In this document: positions 21,293 to 34,713 of the stretch, in pieces
Layout: every line of letters starts with the position of its first letter
Numbering within the stretch: position 1 is the stretch's first letter
Assembly: GCF_036321535.1 (NCBI RefSeq)
Contig: NC_087436.1
Coordinates: 18,912,001 to 18,976,000, forward strand
Source: Camelus dromedarius
Lineage: Eukaryota
Reading direction: 5' to 3'
DNA length: 64,000 bases
Notes under the pieces: model-generated
What the model saw: the letters and a program-made list of their open reading frames with translations, nothing else
Databases searched by the model: none
What the model was told of the DNA's origin: nothing
Position numbers and translations under genes: made by a program

Positions 21293-24200
21293 TTAAGGTG
21301 CATTTACCAAGGTCCAGTTTTCTATCTAAGGACTTTCCTCTTCCCCAGATAATTATCACAGAAATACCAATTCTCTTCGGTGGACACATCAATCTGACAT
21401 CACAAGACAACATTGTCAAACTATAGCAGAGCAAGTCTAGATGTTCAAAAGTACAAGTTTATATTTGTATCTAGATTGGTTGGTTTGGTTGGGCATGTTG
21501 GTTGGATGAGTGGCTGTTACAATTTTTGCAAGGTCATTGAACAAATAGAGATTAGGGTAGAGCCAAGGAAACTGACACGGGTAGTCTCAGATACAGAGGG
21601 CATATTTCTAAATTTTGCTTAGAGTTGCCTTAAAGGAGATTGAGAGACTTACAAACCAGTATCATGAAATCAAAGACCTCTAGGCAGGCCCATACATGAC
21701 TGTTTAACCTGAAAATGTTCTCGGTGATTCAGAGAGGGCAGAAGTGAACATCTAGGTTTTAGATTCTGTAGTCTAAACTCCCTTCTCTTCCCATTTGCTT
21801 TATTTGTTTTTCTAGAAAACTTGTCCCTGTGGGAGGTAGTTTAGCTACTGGAAGAATTGGTCTCAAATTGCGGTGATTCTGTAACACATCTTTGCTTTTT
21901 AAAAATGAGACTTCCCTATCCAGTCAGAGATCATGTAGGTCTTTAAAACACATAATTAAAACAACATGAAAGAACCACCAACTTAGTGGAGAGTCTCTTT
22001 AAACAGCCTATCTAGTTTGTTTATAAACGCGGTTTTCTAAAGATATGCTTAGAATTCTTTGCAAATAAATGTTTGCATAATATTTTTTTACAGAGATTAA
22101 TTTCTCCTGGGGTGGAATGAGTTTTTAGAAATATTCTTGTGCTTAGCCTCACACTGCCTTTCAGTGATATTAGGAATTTATAGAAATATTTCTATTAAAT
22201 GGAAATTGGTAACTTGAGCATATTATTTTGGTGAACTTAATTTAACATGTGGGCCATATTCAAACTGAGGAGTATGCTGTTTTAAATAGTTCACTACAGA
22301 GATAAGGGGAGACAAAAATACATCTGGACAACAGTAGTTTAGCCATTTTAAGAAATCAGTCTCCCTGGTGGCTAAGTTACACTCTTGATGAGATCATAAT
22401 TCCTAAAGCACAAATATTGAGTTCCACTGCTTACATCGTGAGTGATTGTACACCTGTGGAATACTTTTAAAAAGATAATTCATCTTTTTCTAAAAAGAAA
22501 CACAGAGTTAGTTTTTGGACAAAGCTATTTGTATGCAAAATACTGTTTTTTTCACCTCACCAGAAGAGAAGATTTGAAAATTTTGCATCTGAATCTCCTT
22601 GTTTTTCTTCTGCCCTGACCTGTCCTTTTGTTTTCATCATAATTATCATCAATAAATAGTTTTTACTTGATCTGATGCTTTATCGTAATTCCCATTCTAT
22701 TTGTTTTTGCATCAGTTTTCTTATGAAAGCACTAGAATATGTTGCTTGATCTTGGCAACAAGGACGGGTTTACTACATGGTGAACTGAATGTTATCATGA
22801 GGGAAATAAAACTGGAACACGGAGTAGGTATCAGAACTGTGTTTATCAAAGTACAGCAACGGGAACAATGAATTCAGGTAGTAGGTGGCTTAGATTTGAA
22901 CTTTAACATCATTTCAAATGTTCATGATCATAGGTTTTACCTACAAAAGTTTTAATTCCTAAAACACATGAATTTGTAAACAAGATCTGGCCTCCCAAGT
23001 AGGAAGGTGGTATTGCTACACGTAGACGCAAACAGACCCTAGGGTAGGGCTCTGGCAGAGTTTAGCTGAACCTGAACAATATTAATATTATAAACCTCAT
23101 CCTAGCTTTAACAAGGAGCTCACGAGAGTGTGTTTTTAAAAGGAAACCAGGTCTAAGGGATGATTTCTCACCACGAATTAAGCCTAATTAAGCTTGGCTT
23201 TATCCCTGGAACTTGAGAGGATTCCTTAAAGACATCCTGACTCCCTTTGGGGGCCAGCCTTCTTCCGGCTTATCCTTCATTTCTTTCAGGCCAATTTGGC
23301 ATCAGGCATCCTTGGTTCCATAGCTCTGGGTTCACAGTAACAGAGTGGGAGCTCTCTGATGGCTCCAGTCGCTCGAAGAGCAATTTCTCTATCATAATGT
23401 ATCTTTCCAGATTGTTTTCCTCTCAGCTAGAATAAGGAAAACTGCCACAAGGGAGGGAAGGTTTTACCCTTCCACCCCCACTCCCCACCCCACTACTTTG
23501 TTTCTCTTTTCCTTTTTTGTTTAAACATTTGTTTAAATGTTTAAGCTCCACATCCCAGAAGCATGTTACTCCAGTCGGCAGGGCTCAGCTCTGGCTCCCG
23601 CTTTCTGTCTTATATCACAGCGCTGAAGGTTTTGAATAGTGTGTTTTGTCCGAAAATCTAATGTTTGAAGACCTTTAACAAAGGGGCTTTTGCTAGTTTG
23701 TCTGAGGACATTTTAAAAGAAATCAGTTATCCTACACACTTCTGTTGTTCTGGGCATAGGTACCCAAGGATGTTTTAGCAGCCAGTTGAGTTGGTAGCCT
23801 GAGCTGAGTCTAACCGTTGTGTTAGAGCTTGTGGGATTTCCTAGTTGACAATACCTCTGTATCATTCTTTTTGTTAGTGAAGTTATAATCAATTTCTTTA
23901 AGCTTCATGCTTTATGGAGAGCAAAGGTCTGGATTACTGAGCAGGGGTAGGGGCTTTTCTGGCTAGCTGGATGAACTTGAGTCAGGAAGAATGGGGCGAG
24001 CCAGCTGGAGATGCTAGGCATGGCTCTGTTCTTACCTGATTATGGTCTTTTAAAGATCAACAGCCCTCAACAAGGACCAACAACCTCTGCAACTTGTGTG
24101 GTCCCAGAGCAGAAGTGATGCTGGGACGGGAGGTTTCATGGGATGCAGGGGGGCAGTGGGGAGAATTAGTTCAACATCTCAAACTCTTGAGTGGTGATGA

Positions 24201-24673
24201 GGGTGCAGGGAGAGGAGACTCAGGGAGTAGGGGAGGCGATTCCCCAGGGATGGTCTTCACCAGCCTCACTTGTCCTGGTCTCATGCTGGGCACTTGGATA
24301 AGACACTGAGGCATCAGTGCTGGAGGAACTGGGTGGCGTTACATTCTGGTATGAACTTCCTGGGACTGAACATCTTGGTCCCACCACCACATTCACCGCA
24401 CCATGAGGTCACAAGCTGCTCTCCAAGAGCAGAGTGTAATTGTTAGATGATTGAGAGTGAGACAATGAATGATCAGAGAGTAAAACAATGGCAATGACGT
24501 TGTAATCAGGGGACAGAGAATACGCTCCACCTTGGCTGAGTTTTCCTCATGTGATTCTTCAAAGTACATGTTCTCATTTTCATTAATTCTCTTTACTTAG
24601 GCAGAGTTTAGAATTCCTCCTCTGCAGACAATGCCTTTTTGCATAGCTTTGGATAACTTTCACCCTTTAAATT

Positions 24674-24813
24674 AAAAAACTTTTTTAAATTTTGGGGGGC
24701 ATAGGTAATTAGGTTTACTTATTTATTTCTAGAGGAGGTACTGGGGAATTGAACCCAGGATCTTGTGTATGCTAAGCAGGTGCTCTACCACTTGAGCTAT
24801 ATACCCTCTCACC
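24674..24813 (-). mobile_element. Vic-1-like SINE, full length
   Basis: Antisense 'gaggtactggggaattgaacccaggatc...ctctaccacttgagctatataccct'; imperfect TSD at 24660-24673 and 24814-24827. Confidence 0.9.
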
Positions 24814-26974
24814 TCACCTTTTACATTGTTAATGTAGATTGTGAAAGTGAGAGAATTTTTAAAATACCTTGCTAAAACAAATATTCCATACTTTCCCCCT
24901 GCTGCCCTAACCCTGGGAGGGCGAATGAGGGCTACTGCCGGCTTCCTGGAGGTGTGTTCTTCTCCAGATGAACACATTTCCCTAAAATGGGTTTCCTTGG
25001 ACAAGATCATTACTCTGATCTTTGTAATGATCAATGGTTAAACTACACTGACAAAGGAAGGAAAATCATGTAAGATACTGATACAAAGATAACTACATGT
25101 CAGATTTTATTTTTTAGAATATCCACTAGCTTAAGGTACTTTATTCTAGTTTATTTTCTATTTACCTTGTCTCTTGGGAAACTTATTAGATGAAGTAATG
25201 AGAAACCAGGGATGGGAGAGGAAAATCTTCCTAACATAGAAGTAATAAACCTCAAAGCTGGTATCACGTGGTGGCTCCCAGCTTCCGTTTTGCCTTGCAT
25301 CCTTCCTTCCTCTGCCCATTTTTAGTTATGGGACTTTGGACCAGCTCCTTAAGGAGTCCTGCTCCCAGAAGAAGTGACTGAAGGTGGAGGACATTCCACA
25401 AAAGTGAAAATGTGAAATCAGTGCCTGGAACAGAGTGGTCGCCTGGTACATGTGTGCTGGATGGATGCAATGAGGCGGGCTAGAGCATCTAAGTCGGGAG
25501 GAAGGACAGTGCTCTGCAGAGGTCAGCTAAGTGAAGGTGGGGGATGATGACAGGGCGGCAGGTGCTTAAACAAGGCCAGGTGACTTGAAAGCAGAACAAG
25601 ATGAGAGATGCTCCTATTAACAATTCTGGGCAAAAAGAGGCCGGATGCTTCTCAGCATTTATCCAGATGACCTCGCAGGTGATATGTCACAAGTATGTGA
25701 AAACCCTTTCCCACCCTTCCCAATCATCCACGCCGCTCCTCCAACCAACAGCAGGGTTTGTGTGGGCAGCAGAGAGGTCCGTATTTTAAAATACATATTA
25801 TTTTTAAGATTTTTTTGTTTTTACTATAAATGATGTCTTTTTTTTAAGATAAAAGTTTGAGGTATTTTAATAAAGAAAAGAGAATCGAGTTTCAGCTAGA
25901 TTGCATCAACTGTATTTATTTCATCTCTCTTTCAGAAATGGTCATTGAGAGAGGAAGCTTGAGTTTTGTGTGTGTTTTCTGAGTGAATCTGATATTCTTA
26001 TCCAGAAAATGATGTTGAAAGGAGCAGGAGAAGGAGCACTGAGTAGTAGGGGAGAAAAAGAAGACAGAATATTTTTATCCCCCAGATATGTGAGATATGC
26101 TGACAAGAAAAACAGTACATTTTCCTTAAAGTGGAGAATGGAAAGGGAAACAGAATTGTGTTTTAGAAATCTGATTCTTTTTTTAAATATGAAATAATTA
26201 TTTGCCAGACTACACAGGGTCAGGAGAAAAGTTACCACATTAATCAGGTCTAATCAGAAACCCAAGGGTCTGGAGGCAGAAAGTAGAAAGGAAAGAAGTC
26301 ATGACGTTTTGACTTTGGGTTAAAAGAGGGAAGAATCCACAATCCAGGTGTGATTCAGGGAGGCGAGGAGTCAGAAGGCCATCGACTGGAAAGCTGGCTT
26401 CTTTGTAGAGCAGGAACTTGGCAGGAGCTAATGGTGATGCAGACACACTATCTTATCTCCGCCAGAGAAAGCCTCCAGCTCTGAGCTTAATCGTCTTGGC
26501 AAGGAAGAATCAGGAAGCTTAAGAGTTTATAGCTTTGCTGGGCCGTGGCTGTACCTATTGGAAGATAAACAAATAACCCCAAAGCTCTCCACCACTCTTT
26601 AGCCTAAATAAGGATTATATTTCTCCAGATGGATGGGGATTTTTAAGCCAAAAATGAGAGCAGAAACACATCTACGACAGAAAGAGATAAGCTTCGGCTT
26701 GCTTAGACAGCGGAATATCCAGAAAAACTGAATCCCAGACCAAGATGTCAGCCTGAGGAGTTTGGGAGGAAATCCCTAATCTTTGTGGGTTGAGAGGCTG
26801 TAAAGGATGCCCTCGGCAAATGGAATTACCTGGGACGTGGTCTCCAAAGACAAAAGACACAATTGTCTTAGGCTTAATATTTTTATCACCTATTATTTAG
26901 CCAACCAAAGGTTTGGCACCATATGAAACGGTTTTGAAAGGGATGTGTCCAAAACAAAGGCGGCGTTTCTGTAG

Positions 26975-27210
26975 CGGGGCAGCCTGGTGCGGCAGAATGA
27001 GCATGGCTTTGGGGGCCAAAAATGCGGGATTAAATCCGAAATCTTCACCTTATTTCCTTTGTAATCTTATGCAAGTTACTTACTCTCTCTGATCCCCTAT
27101 TTTTTTTTTTTCATCTGGGCATGTGGAAACCTATGTACTGTTTCATGGGAGGATTAAATGAGATACTTCTATGAACGTCCAGTTCTCAGAATAGATGTGA
27201 TACATGACAC
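26975..27210 (+). mobile_element. MIR SINE
   Basis: Contains 'gagcatggctttgg...gcaagttacttactctctctga...ggaggattaaatgagata'. Confidence 0.75.
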
Positions 27211-28254
27211 TTCCTAATATCATGTTGTAGGAGGACATAACCTGAATCCTGAAACTCTCAGATGTTCTGAAATTATTTCTTTTTTTCTCTTCTTAGATAC
27301 AGAATTGGGAGGTGGGGACAAGGACAAAGTAATGGGTCCTATGTCCTTGGCTTTAGATAATTATCTTAAAATGAAAATAAAACATCAAAGTTTAAAAGTA
27401 GCTTCAAATGTGTTCTCTGTCATCCTCCACTGTTAGCCTTCCCTGCTTCAGTGTATCCATCTCTAAAATGGGAATTTCATTCCTTACAGTTATGAATAAT
27501 TTATAACACAGAATGGAAGAAAAATTCGCATTGTTCTTCTCGAAGTCACAAGATCCACATCTTTAATGTTCTAAACTCCTCTGTATTTGCCTGCATCACT
27601 CAAGAACAGGAGGGGTTTCAAAATATCCCACTAAAATGGCCAGGTTTTCTCCTGCTATGGAAACATGAGATGAGGTATATTCAAGTGGTAAATCAGTGAC
27701 ACCCAGTGGCTGCTGCTTTTATATTTACCGTTTTCATTTTCCATTTAACTTTGTAAGGTTCTGCTCGAGAACAAAGTGAAAAGGTGATGAGAATATGGAA
27801 GTCATAGAGGCCTTTGAGAGAGTTTCTCGGCAGTGATTAGCTTTCCTAGGGCACGGGAACAACCCAAAAACAATACCAAAAATAGAGAGAGCTGGAAGGT
27901 GGGGAAAACAGTTCTGGGAATTTTCTGCCTCATCATTTTGCATTTTATTAAAGTATGGACTCAAGCTTTCCTGTCACTGTTGGATTTCCCAAAGAAACAT
28001 TCTCTTCACTGAAGTGACATGTCAACCGCCCAAATTCTCCCTAGATCCTAATCTGTCAGAGACAGCTGGGAATGTCCCCTAGAAATTAGACTTCCTAGAT
28101 GTAAGTAACACTTAGCTGGAGGTTTAATCCAAAGCCCCCCAAAGCTCTGCTATGACACAACATGTCATGTTCTGACATATTAACCCTTTGGAGGCATTAA
28201 AGATCTGGGAACTCCTGCAAGAGCCTCTGCCCCTCACTGAGTAGTTGGGTAGGC

Positions 28255-28450
28255 ACAGCTGGGCTCAAATCCCAGCTTGCCCGCTCTGTTGTTGGATGCT
28301 CTTGGACCACTTATAACCTCTTGGAGCCCTTATTTTTTCATCTGTACAGTAAGGGTAATAACACCTAACTCATAGGTTGTTGTACGGTTTTAATGAAATA
28401 ATGTGCCTAAACTAATGGGTGGAAAGCAGGGACTCCATAAATAGCAACCG
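28255..28450 (+). mobile_element. MIR SINE
   Basis: Contains 'ctgggctcaaatcccagc...tcatctgtacagtaagggtaataacacctaactcatagg'. Confidence 0.75.
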
Positions 28451-28951
28451 TTCTTGTCCGTATTTTTATCAGCTGAGGTTTCCTGTGGATCTTGGGGAGA
28501 AAAACCCTTTTCTGAAACTGGATGAGTAATTTTTATGTGTTCTACAATCTGACTCCTCTCTCGGGTGACAGCATGGGTAGAAATACACTTATTATCATTT
28601 TGTATAATTGGAGGTAGGGCTATTTTCCATATTGGACTCAAGTTGCTAAAGTGCTTTCAGTTTCTTGGATGAAAGACTAGAGAAATACTGCACTGTAAAA
28701 CTGTTAGCTGGTCACTTACATTGTAAGGATTAGTATTTTCCCACAAAAAATATTGAGGAAGTTACAATAGCACAGAGATATGTTAAGTCAGACAATTAGG
28801 TAACAGTAAAGGATTCCACAGAGGATTGCTTAAAACACAAAACTCTAGATCTTGGTTGCTGCTTCTTTTAATTGCCTGATAAATATTTTTGATGATTGGT
28901 TTATTAAACTGCATAAATAGGAATATGATAGTGAAATTTACAAAATATGGC

Positions 28952-29017
28952 CCCTTCTCTCTCTTTCTTCCTCCCTCCCTCCCTCCTTTCTTTCCTCCCT
29001 TCCTTCTTTTTTTCTTT
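28952..29017 (+). repeat. Polypyrimidine (CCCT/CTTT) low-complexity tract
   Basis: Read directly from the sequence. Confidence 0.85.
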
Positions 29018-29039
29018 ACATTAAATACACCGGATCATT

Positions 29040-29235
29040 AAGAGGCCAGGCTTTGCAGCCAAGTGAACTTGAATTTGGATCCCAGCATTTCCACATACTG
29101 CTTTCCTTAGATTTTCTAAGCTGCAGTTCCATCCTCTTTAGAGTAGGGGTGATAATGCCCACCTCAAAGGACGGTTCAGAAGAGTCAAGGAGAGCAGGTC
29201 TGGAAAACACTGAGCGCACATGCAAGTACTCAATA
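29040..29235 (+). mobile_element. MIR SINE
   Basis: Contains 'gcagttccatcctctttagagtaggggtgataatgcccacctca...aagtactcaata'. Confidence 0.65.
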
Positions 29236-29779
29236 TGGAGAGCGGGGACGTGGGGACTGCCCAGAGCAGTAGCTCTTGTCCTTGCCTGACTCCAACCCCC
29301 TTTGTGTAACAGTCAGTTTTTATTCCTCCTTTATTCTCCCACAATGAAATTTTAGAGCTAACATTAGCTACCTACTACATTCTTTTAAATATCAATGCAA
29401 TGCTCTAGTTGAAATAGAAAGGAGAGACAGAGGAAATGACTTAAGGTGAAATAATACGCATGTCAGTGTAATGCTGGGTACACCTGCGCCGAAGGCATAA
29501 GACTTGTGTCTCCATGATCGCCCTGAAGGACAGCCAACCATGCAGACAGGTTCTGTGTGACTCAGAGACAACAAACAGTACTGCTCTTTGTGATTTTTTG
29601 AAATAGGGAAAAACTCGGTCATGTTTCAAACAAGGCAGAGGGTCATCTTCCCTCACTTATGCATTAATTACCTTGCTGGAAATTTGAAACTGGCTTATGT
29701 AAACTAAATACATGATTTATATTTAAACCATGCTGAACCAGTTTGTTAGAGTTAGGTTTTAAGCTCAGAAAATGCTAAA

Positions 29780-29962
29780 CAGTTCTCTCATCTACATGAA
29801 CTTTGGAAACGATGATTTTTCATTATGGAACTGCCTCCTTCATTCCAGGACATTGATTACCCTTGACCCTTGTCTACTAAATGCCAGTAACCTGGAGCTG
29901 CCCAATTTTTGTGACAACCAAGATTCACCCCACAACTTTCCAACATGCCCCTAGAACCACTG
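29780..29962. mobile_element. hAT-Charlie MITE fragment (MER20/MER3-like)
   Basis: Contains 'ctactaaatgccagta...gtgacaaccaaga...ccaacatgcccctagaaccactg'. Confidence 0.5.
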
Positions 29963-30484
29963 ACCTAGAGAGGCTTGAATCTCAAAGTTGATTTTCTTAA
30001 CTTTAGAAAGCCAAAGGTTTTGAGCAAGAGTAAGGAATTTCTCATAACCAAGCTTCTTTAAAATTTCAAGAGGCAGGTCTGGCTGGCCAGTTTGTGGAGT
30101 TTTCAGAGGGGAATCCTGGCCCAACCGCTCCACAACAAGGATATTATTAGGCAGGAGGGGAAGTGGGAGAGGCTGTGTGAGACACATTGGTCCCCATCTC
30201 TCCTCTTTCAGATGAGGTGCTGAAGGAGAAGCAGGATTAGGTTTAAGGCTGAGAATTATTTGCCCACTTTGGAATTCTGCAAGGAGCTTCCATATGGACC
30301 AACAGCATCAACACTGGGGTTGTCAAGGTGGTGCCATCTGGGTAGATTCAGTGGCTGAGCAGGGTTGAGCAGGGGGCCAGGCTCATCTTTTCTGGGTCCC
30401 AACCTTACTCTGTTCAGGCTGCGGTAACAGAAATACTGTAAACTGGATGTTTTTGTGACAGCATCCTCATTGATGGTCAGGTTG

Positions 30485-30602
30485 GAGCCTTTTTTCAATA
30501 AGGGCACTAACCTCATTCATGAGGGCTCTACCTTCATGACCTCATGACCTCCCAAAGGCCCCACCACCGAATACCATCACCTTGGAGTTAGGATTTCAAC
30601 AA

Positions 30603-30655
<53 letters not shown>

Positions 30656-30703
30656 TGTTTGTGTGTCTGGAGGCTGGGGACACAAGATTTTCAGTCTGGA
30701 GCA
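30485..30703 (-). mobile_element. MLT1A-like MaLR LTR fragment interrupted by (TG)n
   Basis: 'aagggcactaacctcattcatgagggctctaccttcatgacct...ccaaaggccccacc...ttaggatttcaac' resumes after the microsatellite as 'ggggacacaagattttcagtc...agca'. Confidence 0.85.
30607..30654 (+). repeat. (GT)n microsatellite
   Basis: Read directly from the sequence. Confidence 0.97.
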
Positions 30704-33199
30704 GTTCCCTTAGCTCTTCCAGGTGTGAATGGAACTCAGAAAGCCCCACAGGCCTCCAGTGGGAGGTGGCGAGTGGACCACAGGGCTGTTGTGGGACAAG
30801 GTGAGGAGATGACAAAAGGGACAGCCTGGCCAAGGGCAGATGGAAGATAAGGCAGAGACTCCATTGGGCCTGCAGCTCTTGGGCAAGACAAATTGAAGCC
30901 TGGGCCATGAGGGAGCTCCACAGAATCCCAGACGTGAAGCCTGGAAAAGCTGCAGCCTTTCTGCACAGGTGCCAGGAGGAAGCCCAGAGATGAACTGGTC
31001 ACAACCCAGTGTTTAAACCTGGCCAGAACAAGTCACTGTATCTCAGGGGTCCATGAGGTTCCGGAGGACGCCTGGTGGTTCTGTGGACCACCTGTTCCTT
31101 CTGCCTCCCCATGGTTATACAAGCCACACTCCCTGCTCATAAAACCAGAGATGATGTAGGGTGACATTTGAGAGACTGACCTTGACCTAAAGAGATAGAG
31201 CATTACTTAAGGGTTTTTGTGCCAGACTGAGTTGATGAAAAGATTTTTCTCCATGATCCAACAGGCGGAGGCAGATGAGAAAGACAGACCCAGTTACAGA
31301 AGGAAGTGGAAATCTATATTTTCTTTACATATAATTACAGTGTGAATAAATTCGTGATCCTTCTGTGCTATTAGGAGCTAGGAGTTTGCCCCCAGGATCT
31401 AGACATTACACAGTTGTAGGGCTGTTTGGGACTCACACATCACACCTGCTTGAGTTATAGTATCAAGTCTGGTTCATGTTTGGGCCCAGAATTTACCTTG
31501 GTACCAAACAAAAGTAGCTCAGTAACTTCCACTGGAAAATTAAGAGACCGTGGAATTTTTGTAGGAAAACGTGGTGTCAGGTCTTCAATATAACTGATAG
31601 GCAAGTTGAGCTTGAATATTGTAAAAACACTTTCCCTCCCTCTGGGTATGATCAAGTCATATTTGGTGATTTGATATTACTTACGTGGGACAATTTTTTA
31701 AAAGTCACTCCCCAGCCAATTTCATAATTTCATCCCATTAGTCTTTTCAAGAAAACATCCTGTGCTTTCTCCCGCTCTAATCAGAGTCAGGGGTCAGGCA
31801 GCACTAAAAATTAAGGGAGGTGGAAAATTACAGAAAGTTTTATTAAAAATGCCCATTATGAGCATTTCACTGTAACCAAAAAAAAAAAAAAAAAAAACAG
31901 GTCCATGTTCTGTAGTTTTCATGCATCTTCATTTGTCACAGCCGTGAACAGGGACCCATGAAAAGAGGCGATCACAGCCTCGGAGCTCCCTTACCTGTTC
32001 CCTCCTCAGGGGGCACCTCCACAAGTCTGCCAGTCACAGGGGCCCCAGCTGAGCTCCCACAGTTATAAATAGATTCTTAGTGGTTCTGGGAAGGGTAGGA
32101 AGATACCAGGAAATACAGCAGTCCTGGGTCCGGTGGGAGACTGAGGACGGGAGATGGGGGAGGACCACAATGCCAGTTAAATTGATGCCAGAACCTAGAG
32201 TTCTATTATTAATAGTGTTTTTTTTTCTCAGAAGGGACTGGCCAGGTGGTTCTTTGACTCCGGAGGATTTTTTCCCCACTCTTGCCACATCATTTGACTT
32301 CTGCAGGCGTACTCCCTCTTTGCCTCTTCCTGGCAAGCCCCAGGGCTGATTTCTAATCGCTTCCTCTGATGGGCACCCTTTCCAGGGTTATGTACATGAT
32401 TCTTCAAGTGCCACCTAAAAATTCACATTTCTTAAAAATATATTTACATGGGGAACACTGCAAATTTGCATTAAATGTGATGACTAAAAAATGTTCATTG
32501 TAAAACAAAGTTAAAGAAAAGGCAACCCCCTCCACCCCCAAACCCTGAATAGACCACATGGTCCAAATTATGTAGCAATATGGGCATAGACTAATGTTTA
32601 TATTACTATACCAGTGCGTAGATAGACAAAAATGTGGGAGCAACATACCACCTGGGAGGAAATATAACAGAATGTTTCTAGGATTCTGCCTCTGTTGTGA
32701 AATTACAAATTGATTTTGTTTTCCTTCACTTCATAATTTTCCTCACTTTCAAAATTTTTCTATAATAGGCATATGTGTTTTATAATAAGAAAAACTATTT
32801 TAAAACCACCAGCTATTTTTTGTTTCCTTTTTCATGTCAGCTAGGATTTACATCTTTCTAAAATGACAGCGGATGTGAGTGTGCTGCTGTTGGCAGGTGG
32901 AGGATATAATACAGGAAGAGGGGAGTAAGAAAGAACAGTATTTTCATAGGAAATGAATTGATGCTATTGTCTTAGATATAAAGGATTCTACCTGAATTGC
33001 CCCAAACTTCTGATTCACAAACAGGAGTTATAAGCTGGAATGAATATTGTCTGGATTTTGACAATGCAGAAGGCATTTTGCTTTCTAATAACAGTTATTT
33101 TTTTTCCCCAGAAGTTACCTTTTATTCAACTGTTGTCCAGGTCCCCCCACTTCTCTGGACTGGTGGCAGTATATGGACCCCAGTAGCCCGTTCCCCATA

Positions 33200-33425
33200 G
33201 ATCTGAATTTTGAGTGGAGGAACAAAGGGACTGAGGAGTTGGTTGGAACCCCAGGATCTGCTGGCAGCGCCTTGTCACTCCTTTTTCCTTGTCAGGGACC
33301 TGCCTTGTTAAATGCCTCTTCTCAAGTGCAATCCTCTCGCCTTCTTGTGAGATCCATCCCAGTAAATTCTCTTTGGCTTAAGTTGATCAGAAGCCATTTC
33401 TTTTGCTTGCAGTCAAAGCACCTGT
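33200..33425 (+). mobile_element. Old ERVL LTR 3' fragment (LTR16/LTR33-like)
   Basis: Contains 'agtaaattctctttggcttaagttgatcagaagccatttcttttgcttgcagtcaaag'. Confidence 0.45.
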
Positions 33426-34589
33426 GTTGTTGGGTTATTTTATACTGGACTAGAGCAGCTCTTTGCTTATTTCCACAGACACTTGGATGTCTGGCTTTGA
33501 CTCCTGGCCAGTTGAAGGTCAGTGGGCTAACTAACCAACTAACTAATGATTTATGACGCACCGTTTTACAGCCTGAAACTCCCCAGCGCCAGATTGATTG
33601 TTGAGAGCTTTCACCTGGTGTTACAAGCCAGCCTGGCTTGGTAGAGGCGGCCAGGGGAGTACAAGGCTGTACTGGAAACTTCTGCCTGGAGGTCTTGGGA
33701 AACCAAGATTCAAGGCACAAGTCTTAGTGGTTTAATCTAGAGACCAAGCACCTCCTTCTAGAAATAAGCAGAATCCTGGAGACTTTGCCTGGAAGTACCT
33801 CGGCTTCTCAATACCTGGGTGCACTCTTTCTCTTGGTGCGCCAGAGCTCTTGCCTTATTTTAAGCTTACAAGAGTGTGCCCTGTGAAGTCTCCCGAGTCC
33901 TGTAGCCTGACCTAACCTGAGTGGTCCTTATGGGACCGTAACTGGCACAAAAGTGAGTCGTAGTTACAGTCTGACAGCAGACCCTCCATGATGGGAAGAG
34001 CCCAGGGCAGAGAGTAGGCAGAGGCACCTTTTAAGATGGAGAGAGGGGCTGGGGAGGCTTGAGGTCTTTAATAACAGCTCCAGAGATGGGAACATGCAGT
34101 CATCTCTTCATGAGTGGGTGAGAAATTAATTTTATATGATACTGTGAATCATAAGGAAGTTGGGAGGGATCTTGACCATCTTCTGAATGTGACGTAAATC
34201 CCCCCTGCTACTGGAATGATGTTCTAGCCGTGGCTCGGAGTGAATAAGCAGGTGTTGGTGGCTCTTTTTGGGTGCTTCATCTTGGTCTTGCCTCCTCCAC
34301 GTAATTCCGTTCTCCAGTTGCATGCTTTCCGCCTCTCTACCATTCTGCAGTTGCTTGGTGAATTCTGAACTAAGACAGAGTGAGTTTTTTGAGAGTCAGT
34401 GAATTATGTGTCACCCGAACGCTGTTTATGCATTGCAGCCAAGCTGTGCTAGCTCTGGTCCACAGAGAACTACAGGATTCACAAGCCCCCAGGGCTCCAT
34501 GCCTTTCATTTAGAAAGAATCACTTACCTCATTGTCCTATCAAGGTATTTTTACATCTTTTATCATCTCTGGTACTGGCTATGAGATCT

Positions 34590-34713
34590 TTTTAAAAAAT
34601 TTTATTTTAAAATTAAAAATTTTTTTATTTTTCTGGGGGGCGTTGTTTGATTAGGCTTATTTATTTGTTTTAATGGAGGTACTGGGGATTGAACCCAGGA
34701 CCTCGTGCATGCT
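34590..34713 (-). mobile_element. Vic-1-like SINE, 5'-truncated (lacks the A-box)
   Basis: The antisense 'atggaggtactggggattgaacccaggacctcgtgcatgct' stops abruptly. Confidence 0.85.

Noticed and set aside
25005..25032. GATCATTAC...GTAATGATC hairpin
   Set aside because: A 9-bp stem is too short for a pre-miRNA and can occur by chance.
24729..25034. 101-aa minus-strand ORF
   Set aside because: Its C-terminus (GYIAQVVEHLLS...) is a translated SINE; no homology elsewhere.
30588..30908. ORFs with HT or CV dipeptide runs (also near 38.8 kb and 57.2 kb)
   Set aside because: These are translation artefacts of (GT)n, (CA)n and (CT)n microsatellites.
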